A DNA stretch of 64,000 nucleotides from an uncultured Chloroflexia bacterium (GCA_963697135.1 CAVOMZ010000013.1:180859-244858); one strand, 5' to 3'; positions 28,911-39,627 are shown, counted from the stretch's first letter. The notes: generated by a model from the letters alone, not told the origin. Made by a program: numbers and translations.

Positions 28911-29844
28911 GGGCGGCCTCCTCCGGCTCGGGGATCACCCGCTCGGCCAGGGCGCTCAGGAACGACAGCGGCCGGAACGCCGGGATATTGCTCGCCTCGG
29001 CCGAACCGTCGACCTCGACCGGGGCGAGGAGGCCGACCAGCTGGGCGAGCTCATCGCGCAGGCCCGAGCGATGGACGACCCGGTCGACGAAGCCGTGCTG
29101 GAACAGGAACTCCGAGCGCTGAAAGCCCTCCGGCAGCTCGCCCTGGATCGTGCCTGCGCTGACCCGCGCCCCGGCGAACCCGATCAGGGCGTTCGGCTCG
29201 GCGAGGTTCACGTCGCCGAGGGCCGCGAACGAGGCGAACACCCCGCCGGTCGTCGGATCGCTCATGACCGAGATCAGCGGCAGGCCGGCGGCCCGCAGGC
29301 GCTCGGTGGCCGCGACCGTCTTGACCAGCTGCATCAGGGACAGCGTCCCCTCCTGCATCCGGGCGCCGCCCGAGGCGGCCACGATCACCAGGGGCAGGCG
29401 CCGGGCGAGGGCTGCCTCGGCCGAGCGGGTCACCTTCTCGCCGACCACGCTGCCCATCGAACCGCCCATGAACGAGAAGTCCATGACGCAGATCGCGATC
29501 TCGTGGCCGCCGATCCGGCCGGTTCCCCAGACCGCGGCATCGCGCATGCCCGTGCTCGACTGGGCCGCGGCCAGCCGGTCGGGATACGCCTTCAGGTCGA
29601 CAAAGCCAAGCGGGTCGAGCGACTGGAGACCGGCATCGTGCTCCTCGAACGAGCCCGAGTCGAGGAGCAGCTCGAGGCGCGCCTCGGCCGACATCCGGAA
29701 ATGGTGGCCGCAGTTCGAGCAGACCCGGAGGACCTTGTCGAGCTGCTTGTTGAAGAGCATCTCGTGGCATTGCGGGCACTGGGTCCACAGGTCGGGCGGG
29801 TAGGCGTCCCGCCGCTGGCGGAACGAGGGCAGCTTGATCGGCAT
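28903..29844 (-). CDS. accD: acetyl-CoA carboxylase carboxyltransferase beta subunit
   Basis: Intact 313-aa ORF. Zinc ribbon CPQCHEMLFNKQLDKVLRVCSNCGHH, then FSFMGGSMGSVVGEK and SGGARMQEG. Confidence 0.93.
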   Translation of the reverse strand: MPIKLPSFRQRRDAYPPDLWTQCPQCHEMLFNKQLDKVLRVCSNCGHHFRMSAEARLELLLDSGSFEEHDAGLQSLDPLGFVDLKAYPDRLAAAQSSTGMRDAAVWGTGRIGGHEIAICVMDFSFMGGSMGSVVGEKVTRSAEAALARRLPLVIVAASGGARMQEGTLSLMQLVKTVAATERLRAAGLPLISVMSDPTTGGVFASFAALGDVNLAEPNALIGFAGARVSAGTIQGELPEGFQRSEFLFQHGFVDRVVHRSGLRDELAQLVGLLAPVEVDGSAEASNIPAFRPLSFLSALAERVIPEPEEAARG

Positions 29845-30353
29845 CAGGCCAGGCCCGACTCGCGGGCGGCCTGGTCGTGGACCGTGCGGATCGCCCGGAC
29901 CATCGGGTGGATCGGCCGGCTCAACCGCCAGGCGACGTAGGCCGCCCCGGCCAGCGACAGGGCGGCCGAGGTGATCGCCCCGCCGATCAGGTACGGCCGG
30001 GCCCGACCCGGCGGATCGTCGTCGCCCGGATCGGCCAGCTCGACCAGGTCACCGACGTGGTCCGCCCCGAGCCGACGGGGCGGGCCGGACCCGCCGCCAA
30101 CGGCCGCCGGCAAGCGCCCGCCGGCGGCCTGGGCGGCCAGCAGGCGGCCGAGCCGCTCCTCGAAGCGGAACGAGGGATGGACCCGGACAAGCTCGGCCGA
30201 GAGCCGCTCGGAGATCGAGCGGAGCTCGAGATCGAGCTCCGGGTCGTAGGGCGCCGCGGCCGAACCGCGCTCCCGGGCATTCAGGATCGACTCGAGATAG
30301 CGATCGATCCGGAGCGCCTCGATCTCGGGCTCGGTGTCGCGGCCCGGCATCAC
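29844..30353 (-). CDS. putative membrane-anchored anti-sigma factor
   Basis: 169-aa ORF overlapping the sigma-factor stop. It has one C-terminal TM helix (YLIGGAITSAALSLAGAAYVAW). The call rests on position only. Confidence 0.5.
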   Translation of the reverse strand: MMPGRDTEPEIEALRIDRYLESILNARERGSAAAPYDPELDLELRSISERLSAELVRVHPSFRFEERLGRLLAAQAAGGRLPAAVGGGSGPPRRLGADHVGDLVELADPGDDDPPGRARPYLIGGAITSAALSLAGAAYVAWRLSRPIHPMVRAIRTVHDQAARESGLA

Positions 30354-30982
30354 CAGCGCCGACCGCCCAGGTCCCGGGCGACGGCCCGCAGCCCGCGGTG
30401 GATCAGGACCCGCACGGCCCCCTCCGAGCGCCCCAGGATGCCCGCGATCTCGGCCGTGGACATCTCCTCGACGAAGCGCAGGACGAGGGCATGGCGCCGG
30501 TCGGGGGGCAGGCGGCTGACCGCCTCCCAGGCCGCCCCGGCCTCGTGGCGGCGGCCGGCCTCTCCCTCGAGATCGAGGGGATCGGCCACGAGCGCGGCGA
30601 CCTCGAGGGGCGCCGCCGGGTGACGGCGCTCGGAGCGGCGGGCGTTGGCCACGACGTTCCGGGCGATCTGGAAGAGCCAGACCCGGAAGGTCGAGGCGCC
30701 TTCGCCGTCGGCCGGCCGGGCGCGTTCGTCGAAGCGGGGCAGGGCGCTCAACGCCTGGAGGAACGTGCGCTCGGCGACATCCTCGGCGTCGGCGTGGTTG
30801 CCGAGCTCGTAGTAGGCGTAGCTGTACACCTGGGCGAGGTACTTCCGATACAGCGCGTCGAACGCCTCTGGGTCGAGGACGGCGGCCTCGACAAGGGCTC
30901 GATCGCGATCGAGGTGGATCAGGTGATGACCCAGACGACGATCCTCCTCCGCCGTCACCTTCCTGAACACCGGCCGGGCCAC
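30350..30982 (-). CDS. ECF-type RNA polymerase sigma factor
   Basis: 210-aa ORF. Region 2 (YRKYLAQVYSYAYYELGNHADAEDVAERTFLQA) and region 4 HTH (MSTAEIAGILGRSEGAVRVLIHRGLRAV). Confidence 0.85.
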   Translation of the reverse strand: MARPVFRKVTAEEDRRLGHHLIHLDRDRALVEAAVLDPEAFDALYRKYLAQVYSYAYYELGNHADAEDVAERTFLQALSALPRFDERARPADGEGASTFRVWLFQIARNVVANARRSERRHPAAPLEVAALVADPLDLEGEAGRRHEAGAAWEAVSRLPPDRRHALVLRFVEEMSTAEIAGILGRSEGAVRVLIHRGLRAVARDLGGRRW

Positions 30983-30986
30983 CGCG

Positions 30987-31790
30987 TTACACCCCGACCG
31001 GCAGGCGAAGGTGCTCGATCTCGCCGGTCAGGATCGTCCGCTCGCCGGCGGGCGCCGCGACGTCCTCGATGACGAGCCCACCCGAGCCCGTGTCGACCCC
31101 CAGGGCCCGGGTGTCGAGCGACGAGCCATCGGGCAGGTCGAGCCGGACGGGCCGGCCGCTGGTGAGCTGCCGGGAGGTCCAGTCGGCGACGTCGAAGTGG
31201 CCGGCGCGCAGGGCGATCGTGCGGGTCTCGACCCGGTCGATGAAGGCAGCGAAGAGATCCGCCAGGTCGACCGGACGGCCGTTCGAGGCGACTCGCAGGC
31301 TGGTCATCGAGCCGGCCAGCTCGGCCGGGAAGTCCTCGGCCAGCCAGTCGACGTTGATCCCCAGACCGATGATCGCCCGGGGATCGTCGCCGCCCAGGCC
31401 GGAGGTCTCGCCCAGGACGCCGCCGAGCTTGCGAACCAGGCCGTCCGCCTCGATCACGAGGTCGTTCGGCCACTTCAGCCGGACCGCTTGATCCTTCAGG
31501 CCGGCGACCTCCTCGGCGGCGTCGGCCATCGCCAGCGAAGTGATCGCAGCGAGGCGCCAGGTCCGATCCGGCTCGAGCCAGGTCGGACGAAAGCCGAGCG
31601 AACAGAGCAGGCCGGCCCCGGCCGGCGCCTGCCAGCGGCGGCCATCCCGGCCGCGCCCGGCCGTCTGCTCGTCGGCCACGGCCAGGCAGACCTCCGGGGT
31701 GCCGTCGTCGAGCCAGGCACGGACGACGTCGTTCGTCGAGCCGACCCTCGCCAGGCGCTCCTGGCGGCTGATGAACGGCAGGTCGCTCAA
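30987..31790 (-). CDS. birA: biotin--[acetyl-CoA-carboxylase] ligase (no N-terminal HTH domain)
   Basis: 267-aa ORF with GRGRDGRRW and KWPNDL motifs. Confidence 0.88.
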   Translation of the reverse strand: MSDLPFISRQERLARVGSTNDVVRAWLDDGTPEVCLAVADEQTAGRGRDGRRWQAPAGAGLLCSLGFRPTWLEPDRTWRLAAITSLAMADAAEEVAGLKDQAVRLKWPNDLVIEADGLVRKLGGVLGETSGLGGDDPRAIIGLGINVDWLAEDFPAELAGSMTSLRVASNGRPVDLADLFAAFIDRVETRTIALRAGHFDVADWTSRQLTSGRPVRLDLPDGSSLDTRALGVDTGSGGLVIEDVAAPAGERTILTGEIEHLRLPVGV

Positions 31791-33153
31791 GCGGCGCCGG
31801 ACGCCGGCTTGGCATCCCCGCCGGTGGCCCGGTCGGTCGCCGTGCCGGAGTCCGGGATCGCCTCCGGCCGCTCGAGGGCGAAGGCCGCGTGGAGCGCCCG
31901 GACGGCGGTCTCGACCTGGTCCTCGGCGATGATGCAGGTGATCCGGACCTCGCTCGTCGAGATCATCTCGATGTTGACCGAGGCGTCGGCCAGGGCCCCG
32001 AACATCCGGGCGGCATAGCCTGGGGCGTTGTGAATCCCGGCGCCCACGATCGAGACCTTGGCCACGGCCGAATCGGCGGTCATCTCGCGGAAGCCGAGCT
32101 CGCGGATGATCGGCTCGAGAATCCGCTTCGCCCGGGCCAGCTCGACCTCGGCAATCGTGAAGCTCATGTCCGTCGCCCCGCCGTGGCCGACGTTCTGGAC
32201 GATCATGTCGACGTTGATCCCGGCGTCCGCCAGCGGGCTGAAGATCCGATGGGCGACGCCCGGCTGATCAGGCACCGCCACCAGGGTGATCTTGGCCACG
32301 TTCCGGTCGTGGGCCAGGCCCCGAACCTTGTTGCGCTGCTCCACGTAGGGATCCTCCTTGATCAGGGTACCCGGCGCGTCCTCGAACGAGCTGAGGACCT
32401 CGATGACGACGTCGTTCACCCAGCCCAGCTCGACCGCCCGGACCTGCATCACCTGGGCGCCCTGGTGGGCCAGCTCGAGCATCTCCTCGTAGCCGATCAG
32501 GGCAGCTGCCGGGCGTGCGGCACGATTCGGGGATCGGCCGTGAAGATCCCGCGCACATCGGTGAAGACCTGGCAGCGCTGGGCGCCGAGCCGGGCGGCCA
32601 GGGCGACGGCCGTCGTGTCGGATCCGCCTCGGCCCAGGGTGGTCGTCTCGGCCCGGAGTGGATCGGCCTGGCTGACGCCCTGGAAGCCGGCCACGATCAC
32701 GACCTTGCCATCGGCCAGCTCCTGGCGGACCCGGGCCGGGTCGACGTTGGCGATCCGGGCCCGGCCGTGACGGCCATCGGTCGTGATCCCGGCCTGGGCC
32801 CCGGTCAGGCTGATCGCCGGGACGCCGAGCGCGTGGAGGGCCATCGAGACGAGGGTCGCGCTCTGGTGCTCGCCCGTCGCGAGGAGCATGTCCAGCTCGC
32901 GCGAATCGGGGTCCTCCGTGATCGCCGCAGCCAGGGCCAGGAGCTCGTCGGTGGTGTCACCCATGGCCGAGACGACCACCACGAGGTCCGCCCCGGCCGA
33001 GCGTTCACGGGCGATTCGCCGGGCCACCCGCCGGATCCGATCGGCATTGCCGACCGAGGAGCCGCCGAACTTCTGGACGACGAGCGGGCGCCCGGGCGGG
33101 TCGGCGGGCGCGGCCGTGGGCTGGGCGTCGCGCGACGAGGCGGTTGCGCTCAT
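31787..33153 (-). pseudogene. lysC: aspartate kinase; one frameshift (about 32501)
   Basis: The N-terminal part in ORF 32497-33357 runs from ATG 33153 ([35 protein letters not shown]). It joins ...[10 protein letters not shown] / [19 protein letters not shown] plus ACT domains (ORF 31787-32482) if one nt is added. Confidence 0.92.
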
Positions 33154-33160
33154 TCGGCCG

Positions 33161-33166
33161 ATTCTA
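33161..33166 (-). promoter_or_regulatory. TAGAAT -10 box 7 nt upstream of the lysC ATG (leaderless-type promoter)
   Basis: The minus-strand sense reads GCTGCTAGAATCGGCCGAATG. The same arrangement occurs at manC (TAGAAT 59494-59499, GTG 59487). Confidence 0.4.
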
Positions 33167-33262
33167 GCAGCGGCCCGGAGCGTGACCCGGGCCGATCCCG
33201 GGAAGACCCCGGGCCGAGACTTCGCGCTACGCTGGCCGGGTCCACCAAAGGAGACGCATTCG

Positions 33263-34034
33263 ATGTGCTTCGATCTCGACAGCCAGCCCCCGATCGATCC
33301 GATCGCCGGCGGCGCTCTCGGCCACGAGGAGCTCTTCCTCGAGGCGGCCGACGGCAATCGGTTCGCCGCGTTCCGGGCCCGGGCCGCCGAGCCGACCGGG
33401 GCCGGGATCGTGATCCTGCCCGACGTGCGCGGCCTCTACTCGTTCTACGAGGAGCTCGCCCTGCGCTTCGCCGAGGCCGGCATCGATGCCCTGGCGTTCG
33501 ACTACTTCGGGCGGACCGCCGGTGCCTCGACCCGGGACGCCGAGTTCTCGTACATGGAACACGTCCAGCAGACCCGGCTGGTTGACCTGCGGGCCGACGT
33601 GAGCGCGGCCGCCGCCGAGCTGCGGCGGGACGACCGGGTCCGGGCGCTGTTCACGGTCGGCTTCTGCTTTGGTGGCCGGCTGGCCTACATGTCGACGACG
33701 TTCGGCTTGGACCTGGCCGGTTCGATCGCGTTCTATGGCCGACCGTTGGGCTGACCAGCCCGGCTACCCGGCCCCGGTCTCGGTCGCGCCGGCGATGGCC
33801 AACCCGGTCCTCGGCCTGTTCGGCGGCGCCGACCAGGCGATCCCGCCGGAGGCGATCGCCGAGCTCGAAGCGGCCCTGACCGCCGGCAAGGTCGAGCACG
33901 AACTGATCACGTATCCGGATGCGCCCCACAGCTTCTTCGATCGCAAGGCGGCCGACTTCGCCGAGGCCGCCAGCGATTCGTGGCAGCGCACCCTGGCCTT
34001 CATCGCCGCGAAGACACCCGCCCGCCCGGCCTGA
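33263..34034 (+). pseudogene. dienelactone hydrolase family protein; one frameshift (about 33740)
   Basis: ATG 33263 follows [16 protein letters not shown] and GFCFGG (ORF 32783-33754 frame) continue as PVLGLFGGADQAIP...YPDAPHSFF (ORF 33669-34034). Confidence 0.75.
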
Positions 34035-34053
34035 TCCCGGCGCCCGGGCTTCG

Positions 34054-35027
34054 TTGCAGCCACAGCCGCAGCCGGGGCGATCGCCCGGCACGTCCTGGTC
34101 GTCGCGGCCGTACGAGTCAGCGGCCGACCTGCGCCTGATTCAGGCCCTGGCCTCGACGTGTCTCGTGGCCGACTGGCCGGCGCCCGTGGTCCATCCGGGC
34201 GACCTCGACTGGTGGGCCCGTGACGCCGTCCCCGGCGAGATCCAGCTCAGCGAGCGGGTCCGGCTCTGGTTCGAGGCGAGGCCGACGCATCCGATCTCGT
34301 CGGGTGGGGCTGGATCGACGCGCATGGCGCGCTCATTGCCCTGATCCGGCCGGACCTGCGTCGGGGCGGGCTGGTCGGGGCGATCGTCGATTGGGCCGCC
34401 GAGCGGGTCGCTTCGCCTGCCGGAAGCGACGAGCCGGGCAGGCCGGTCGAAGTCGAGGTCCCGGATTCCCAGGCGGAGACGATCGGCGAGCTCGCCCGGC
34501 TTGGCTTCGGAGCCGTCCCCGGCGCCTCGCTCGTGACATTTACCCGGCCCTTCGATGGCTGGCGGATCGAGCCGGCCTCGCTTGAACGAGGCTTCACGAT
34601 CCGTGGCCTCGGGTCCGCCGACGTCGCGTCCCGGGTGGCCTGCGGCCGGCGCGCATTTCCGCGCTCGCGGATGACCGAGGAACGCTACGAAGTCGCTCGC
34701 CGGGCGACCCTCTACCGGCCGGCCCTCGACCAGCTCGTCATTGCGCCCGATGGCAGCGTGGCCGCCTTTGCCCTGGGCTGGCTCGACCCGGTGAGCCTCG
34801 TCCTGGAGCTCGAGCCGGTGGGGGTCGACCCCGCCTGGCAGGGGCGGGGTCTCGGCCGGGCGATCTGCCTGGCCACGATCCGGGCGGGGATTCAGCTTGG
34901 CGCGACCCGCGGCCTGATCGATGCGGATGAGGACAACCCGGGCGCGATGGGCCTGTACGCCAGCCTCGGCTACGAGGTCACCGGCCGATTCCAGAGGTTC
35001 CGCCGGGCGGCAGCCAGCCCGGCGTAG
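34054..35027 (+). pseudogene. GNAT-family N-acetyltransferase (two-lobed); at least one frameshift (about 34280)
   Basis: RPYESAADLRLIQAL...RLWFE (ORF 33919-34344 frame) continues as ADASDLVGWGWIDAHGALIALIRPD... in the frame of ORF 34533-35027. Acetyl-CoA motif WQGRGLGRA. The start (TTG 34054) is uncertain. Confidence 0.6.
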
Positions 35028-35042
35028 GCGCGAGGCCGATCC

Positions 35043-36005
35043 TCAGGCGTGGCCTCGAACGTGGGCTCCGGCATTGCGCGGTGCGGCAATTGCCACCCGG
35101 CCGGGCAGGTCGAGGTCGGCCGCCACGGCGCTGAAGGCACCCTCGATCCGGCTCAGCGTGGCCAGCCCATTGGCGAAGGCGATGACGGCCGAGCCGGCCC
35201 CCGACAGGCAGGCCCCGATCGCACCGGCCTCGCGGGCCGCCTCGATCAAGGCCGGGAACTGGGGATAGACGGCCGCCCGGTACTTCTCATGGATCAGGTC
35301 CCGGGTCAGGGCCCCGAGGTAGTCATATGAGCCGGAGGCGATCCCGGCCACCCCGATCGCGACCCGGCCAAGGTTCGCGACGACGTCCTCCATCGGCAGG
35401 CTCGGCGGGAGGACCTCGCGCATGTCGGCCGTGGACAGGCGCAGATCCGGGATGTACAGGACGACCTTCAGGTCGCGCGGCACGTTGAACCGGAGGGCGC
35501 TCGGCGGGTCAGCCGATGCGTCGACGACGACGAAGCCGCCCAGGAGAGCGGCCGCGGCGTTGTCGGGATGGCCTTCGATCTCGTTGGCGAGGCGCAGGAG
35601 CTCGGCCGACGTGAGCGGACCGCCGAGCAGGCTGTTGCCGGCCAGCAGGCCGCCGACCGTGGCTGCCGCCGACGATCCGAGGCCGCGGGTCAGGGGGATC
35701 TTGTTCTTCATCGAGACGCGCCAGCCGATCTGGCCGGGGAGCTCGCCCCGGACGGCGATGAGGGCGGCCTCGAGCCCGCGCACGAACCGGTTCTGGCCGT
35801 CGTCGGGCAGCTCGTTCGCCCCCTCGCCCTCGACCTCCAGCTCGATCGCGCCGCGGCTCCAGCCGCGGACCTCGAGATCGATCCGGTTGACGATGTCGAG
35901 GGCCAGGCCGACGCAGTCGTAGCCCGCCCCGAGATTGGCCGACGAGGCGGGCACGTCCACCGTGACCCGCCGCCCGTCGAGCTCCGCCAGCCAGTTCGTC
36001 ACCAT
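35043..36005 (-). CDS. thrB: homoserine kinase
   Basis: Intact 320-aa ORF. PASSANLGAGYD and GHMP motif PLTRGLGSSAA. Confidence 0.92.
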   Translation of the reverse strand: MVTNWLAELDGRRVTVDVPASSANLGAGYDCVGLALDIVNRIDLEVRGWSRGAIELEVEGEGANELPDDGQNRFVRGLEAALIAVRGELPGQIGWRVSMKNKIPLTRGLGSSAAATVGGLLAGNSLLGGPLTSAELLRLANEIEGHPDNAAAALLGGFVVVDASADPPSALRFNVPRDLKVVLYIPDLRLSTADMREVLPPSLPMEDVVANLGRVAIGVAGIASGSYDYLGALTRDLIHEKYRAAVYPQFPALIEAAREAGAIGACLSGAGSAVIAFANGLATLSRIEGAFSAVAADLDLPGRVAIAAPRNAGAHVRGHA

Positions 36006-36105
36006 CGCCTCACTGTCGCCTCATCGTCGTGGTTTCCGACCGTCCCAACCGCGGCCTCGCAGTTGGACGGGCCCATCATCGCGATCGAGCGGCTGGATCA
36101 CACCC

Positions 36106-37221
36106 TTACCATCGGAGGGCCTTGATCACCTCGCCGGCGCTCGGCCCGGCCTCGATCATGCCGGTCACGCTCGCTTCGGCGGTTTTCGGGTCCTTCAGGC
36201 CGGAACCGGTCAGGACGCACACGATCGTGGCCGATCCGTTCGAGGCGGCCCTCGGCGGCCAGGCGGGTGATCCCGGCCAGGCCGGCCGCCGACGAAGGCT
36301 CGCAGAAGATCCCCTCGGCCGTCGAAAGCTCGCGCCAGGCAGCCAGGATCTGGTCATCGCTGACCAATTCGATCAGGCCGCCCGAGTCGTCCCGGGCGCT
36401 CGTCGCCTTGGTCCAGCTGGCCGGATCGCCGATCCGGATCGCGGTCGCGATCGTCTCCGGGGCATCGACCCGGTGGCCGAGCACGATCGGAGCCGCGCCT
36501 GCGGCCTGGAAGCCGAACATCCGGGGCACGTTCGTCGTCCGGCCGGCCGTCCGATAGTCGCAGAACCCGGCCCAGTAGGCGCTGATGTTGCCGGCGTTGC
36601 CGACCGGGATGGCCAGGATGTCGGGGGCCGTCCCGAGGTCGTCGCAGACCTCGAAGGCGCCGGTCTTCTGGCCGTCGAGACGGAACGGGTTGACCGAGTT
36701 GACCAGGGTGACCGGATGGTCCGTTGACTCGGCCAGCTCGCGGACGATCCGGAGGGCCTGGTCGAAGTTGCCCTCGATCGCCACGACCCGCGCCCCGGCG
36801 ACCTGGGCCTGGAGCAGCTTGCCGGCGGCGATCTGGCCGCGAGGCAGGACGACCACGACCTCCACTCCAGCGGCGGCCCCGTAGGCCGCGGCCGAGGCCG
36901 AGGTGTTGCCGGTCGAGGCACAGATCAGGGCCGTCGCACCGGCCTCGATCGCCTTGGACACGGCCACGACCATGCCCCGGTCCTTGAAGCTGCCGGTCGG
37001 GTTCTGGCCCTCGACCTTGGCGTACAGGCTGTCGAGACCGAGGCGCTGCCGATCCGGTCCAGCCGGACGAGCGGGGTGAAGCCCTCGCCGAGGGTCAGGG
37101 CCGGGGTCGCCTCGCTGATCGGCAGGAACGCCCGGTAGCGCTCGGTCAGCCGGGGGCGAGCCCGGCCGGAGGTCCCGGCGGGCTCGGCGGTCGTCCCCGT
37201 GGGCCGGTCCGGCAGGCTCAT
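36106..37221 (-). pseudogene. thrC: threonine synthase; two frameshifts (about 37048 and 36238)
   Basis: ORF 36925-37221 (...LTLGEGFTPLVRLDRIG) joins QRLGLDSLYAKVEGQNPTGSFKDRGMVVAVSKA... (ORF 36098-36973), then ...GSATIVCVLTGSGLKDPKTA...EVIKALRW* (ORF 36106-36357). Confidence 0.9.
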
Positions 37222-38499
37222 TGGTCGTCCTCGATCGGATAGAGCGTCGCGTCGATCCCGATCGCGGCGAGCCCGGCCCGCAGCTCGTCGAGCGACTGCG
37301 CCGTCGTGACGAAGCCGTCTCCGGCGGCCGCCGCGAGGTCGACCTGGTCGCGGACGAGCTGCTCGGGCAGGACCGACTGGAAGAACCAGCGCCGCGGCAG
37401 CGCCGGGTCCGGTCGGCCGCGGCGACAGCAGCGCTCGCTCGCCGGGGCGAGGCCGGCCCAGGTGCTGCCGGCGCCCCGGGCGAGCGCGATCAGGTCGCCC
37501 AGGACGGCGCTGCCGGTCGATCCCCCGCCGGCGCCGGGACCGGCCAGCTCGAGCCGCCCGAGCGGGGTCGCATCGATCTCGATCCGGTTGAGCACTCCGC
37601 CCGTCCGGCCGAAGCCCGAGTCGGCGGGCACGGCGACGACCTGGACGCGAGCTTCGACCTCGATCCTGTCCTCGCCCTCCTCACTCGTTCGGCGGGCGTC
37701 GGCGATCAGCTTCAGGCGCAGGCCGTGGACCGCGGCGGCGGCCACCTCCTCGGCCCTGACTCCGGTGATCCCCGGCCGCCCCAGGCCGAGGGCGGTGGCC
37801 GGCCGGCGTTCGATCGAGGCCGGGTCGAGCCAGACCCCGAAGGCGAGCCTGGCCAGGACGACCAGCTTGTTGAGGGCATCGTCGCCGTCGACATCGCCGG
37901 CCGGATCGGCCTCGGCATAGCCGGCGTGCTGGGCCTCGGCCAGGACGGCGTCGTAGGCTCGTCCGCGCTCGGCCATCGCGCTCAGGATGAAGTTCGTCGT
38001 GCCGTTCACGATCCCCCGGACACGCCCGATCCGGTTGGCGGCGAGGTCGGCGCCGAGCGGTCCGAGGATCGGAATCCCGGCCCCGACTGCCGCCTCGAAG
38101 CGGAGCGGGCGTGCCGGTCGACCGGGCAAGCGCCTCGAGCTCCGGCCCGTGATGGGCAAGGACGTGCTTGTTGGCCGTGACGACGGGCTTGCCCGCCGCA
38201 AGGGCCGCGGCGATCAGCGTCCGGGCCGGCTCGCCGCCGCCGATCAGCTCGACCACGACGTCGACCTCGGGAGACGCGACGAGATGGGCCGGAGCGTCGG
38301 TCAGGAGATCCTCGGGAATCCCGGTGGCAGCGGCCCTGGCCGTGTCGCGGACCGCGACCCGGGCGAGGACGATCCGGGCGCCGTCAAATGGGGCGAGGCG
38401 CTCCGGCTCGTCGCGGAGCGCCCGGGCGACCGCGCCGCCGACGGTTCCGGCACCCAGCAGCCCGACGCGCAGCGGCGGATGGGGCGATGACGCGGGCAT
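37218..38499 (-). pseudogene. hom: homoserine dehydrogenase; one frameshift (about 38111)
   Basis: ORF 37681-38499 (RVGLLGAGTVGGAV..., VVTANKHVLAHHGPELEALA) joins RPLRFEAAVGAGIPILGPL...NGTTNFIL... plus a C-terminal ACT-like part (ORF 37218-38201). ATGA overlap with thrC. Confidence 0.9.
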
Positions 38500-38597
38500 G
38501 GGCCGAATGGTAGCCGAGGTCCGGACGCTCTCGAGCGGGCCCGAAGCCGCTCGCGACGAGGCGCGGAACCGGGCGGGCGGCCGCTACACTCGCGCCA

Positions 38598-39617
38598 ATG
38601 GCCCTTGAGCTCGTTCCTGCCCCTGCCCTGCTCCCGATCGAGGAGGAGCGGCCCCGGATCTTCAGCGGGATCCAGCCATCCGGGATCGTCCATCTCGGCA
38701 ACGACCTCGGCGCCGTGCGCAACTACGTCCGGCTCCAGTACGACTACGAGGCGATCTACTGCATCGTCGATTACCACGCCCTGACGACGACCCACGACGG
38801 GTCGCTCCTGCGCGAGCGGACCCGCGAGATGGCCGCCTCGCTCCTGGCCCTCGGCCTCGACCCCGACCGGTGCACCCTGTTCGTCCAGAGCGACCGGCCC
38901 GAGCACGCCGAGCTGGCCTGGCTGCTGGCGACCGTCACCCCGGTCAGCTGGCTCGAGCGGACGCCGACCTACAAGGAGAAGAAGGCCAATCAGCCCGATG
39001 ACGTCAACCATGGGCTGCTGACCTACCCGGTCCTGCAGGCCGCCGACATCGTCATCTACAAGGCCAACCAGGTCCCCGTCGGGCGCGACCAGGCGGCCCA
39101 CCTCGAGCTCAGCCGGGAGATCGTCCGGGCCTTCAACGGCCGGTACGGCGAGACGTTCCCCGAGCCGCAGGCCGTGTTCACCGAGGCTCCGGTCGTGCTC
39201 GGCACCGACGGGGTCAAGAAGATGAGCAAGTCGATCGGCAACACGATCGACATCTTTGCCCCACCCGAGGTGATCCGGAAACAGGTCATGTCGATGGTGA
39301 CCGACACGAAGCGGATCCTGCGAACCGACCCGGGCCGGCCGTCGGTCTGCAACGTCTGCCAGCTGCAGCGCCATTTCGGCCCCGACTACGAGGAGATCTG
39401 GGAGGGCGAGCGCACGGCCCGGACCGGCTGCGTCGATACGAAGCGGCTGCTGGCCGACCGGATCATCGAGCACTATGCCCCGGCCCGCGAGCGCTACCTC
39501 GAGCTGATCGCCGAGCCGGACGAGGTCGACGAGGTCCTGGCCGCGGGAGCGGCCCGGCTCGAGCCGATGGCCAAGGCGACGCTGGCCGAAGTCCATGCGA
39601 AGATGGGCCTCCGCTGA
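38598..39617 (+). CDS. trpS: tryptophan--tRNA ligase
   Basis: Intact 339-aa ORF. SGIQPSGIVHLGN (HIGH-type), KMSKS, VPVGRDQAAHLELSREI. A TACACT box lies 7 nt before the ATG. Confidence 0.95.
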   Translation: MALELVPAPALLPIEEERPRIFSGIQPSGIVHLGNDLGAVRNYVRLQYDYEAIYCIVDYHALTTTHDGSLLRERTREMAASLLALGLDPDRCTLFVQSDRPEHAELAWLLATVTPVSWLERTPTYKEKKANQPDDVNHGLLTYPVLQAADIVIYKANQVPVGRDQAAHLELSREIVRAFNGRYGETFPEPQAVFTEAPVVLGTDGVKKMSKSIGNTIDIFAPPEVIRKQVMSMVTDTKRILRTDPGRPSVCNVCQLQRHFGPDYEEIWEGERTARTGCVDTKRLLADRIIEHYAPARERYLELIAEPDEVDEVLAAGAARLEPMAKATLAEVHAKMGLR

Positions 39618-39627
39618 GGATCAGCCG

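Noticed and set aside
33154-33262. Lysine riboswitch upstream of lysC; T-box upstream of trpS (38500-38597); SAM riboswitch upstream of metK (61096-61160); glycine riboswitch upstream of the GcvT-like gene (44279-44536)
   Set aside because: The leaders are absent or too short: the -10 boxes sit 6-7 nt from the lysC and trpS starts, and the metK spacer is only about 65 nt. The 44.3-44.5 kb region lacks the glycine-riboswitch core motifs.
39280-39440. Possible [4Fe-4S] cluster site in TrpS (CNVC...GC), as reported for Thermotoga maritima TrpRS
   Set aside because: Only three Cys are present in the region. The positions corresponding to the second and fourth ligands appear substituted (GCVDTK instead of a GCxxCK-like motif), so an intact cluster site is not supported.
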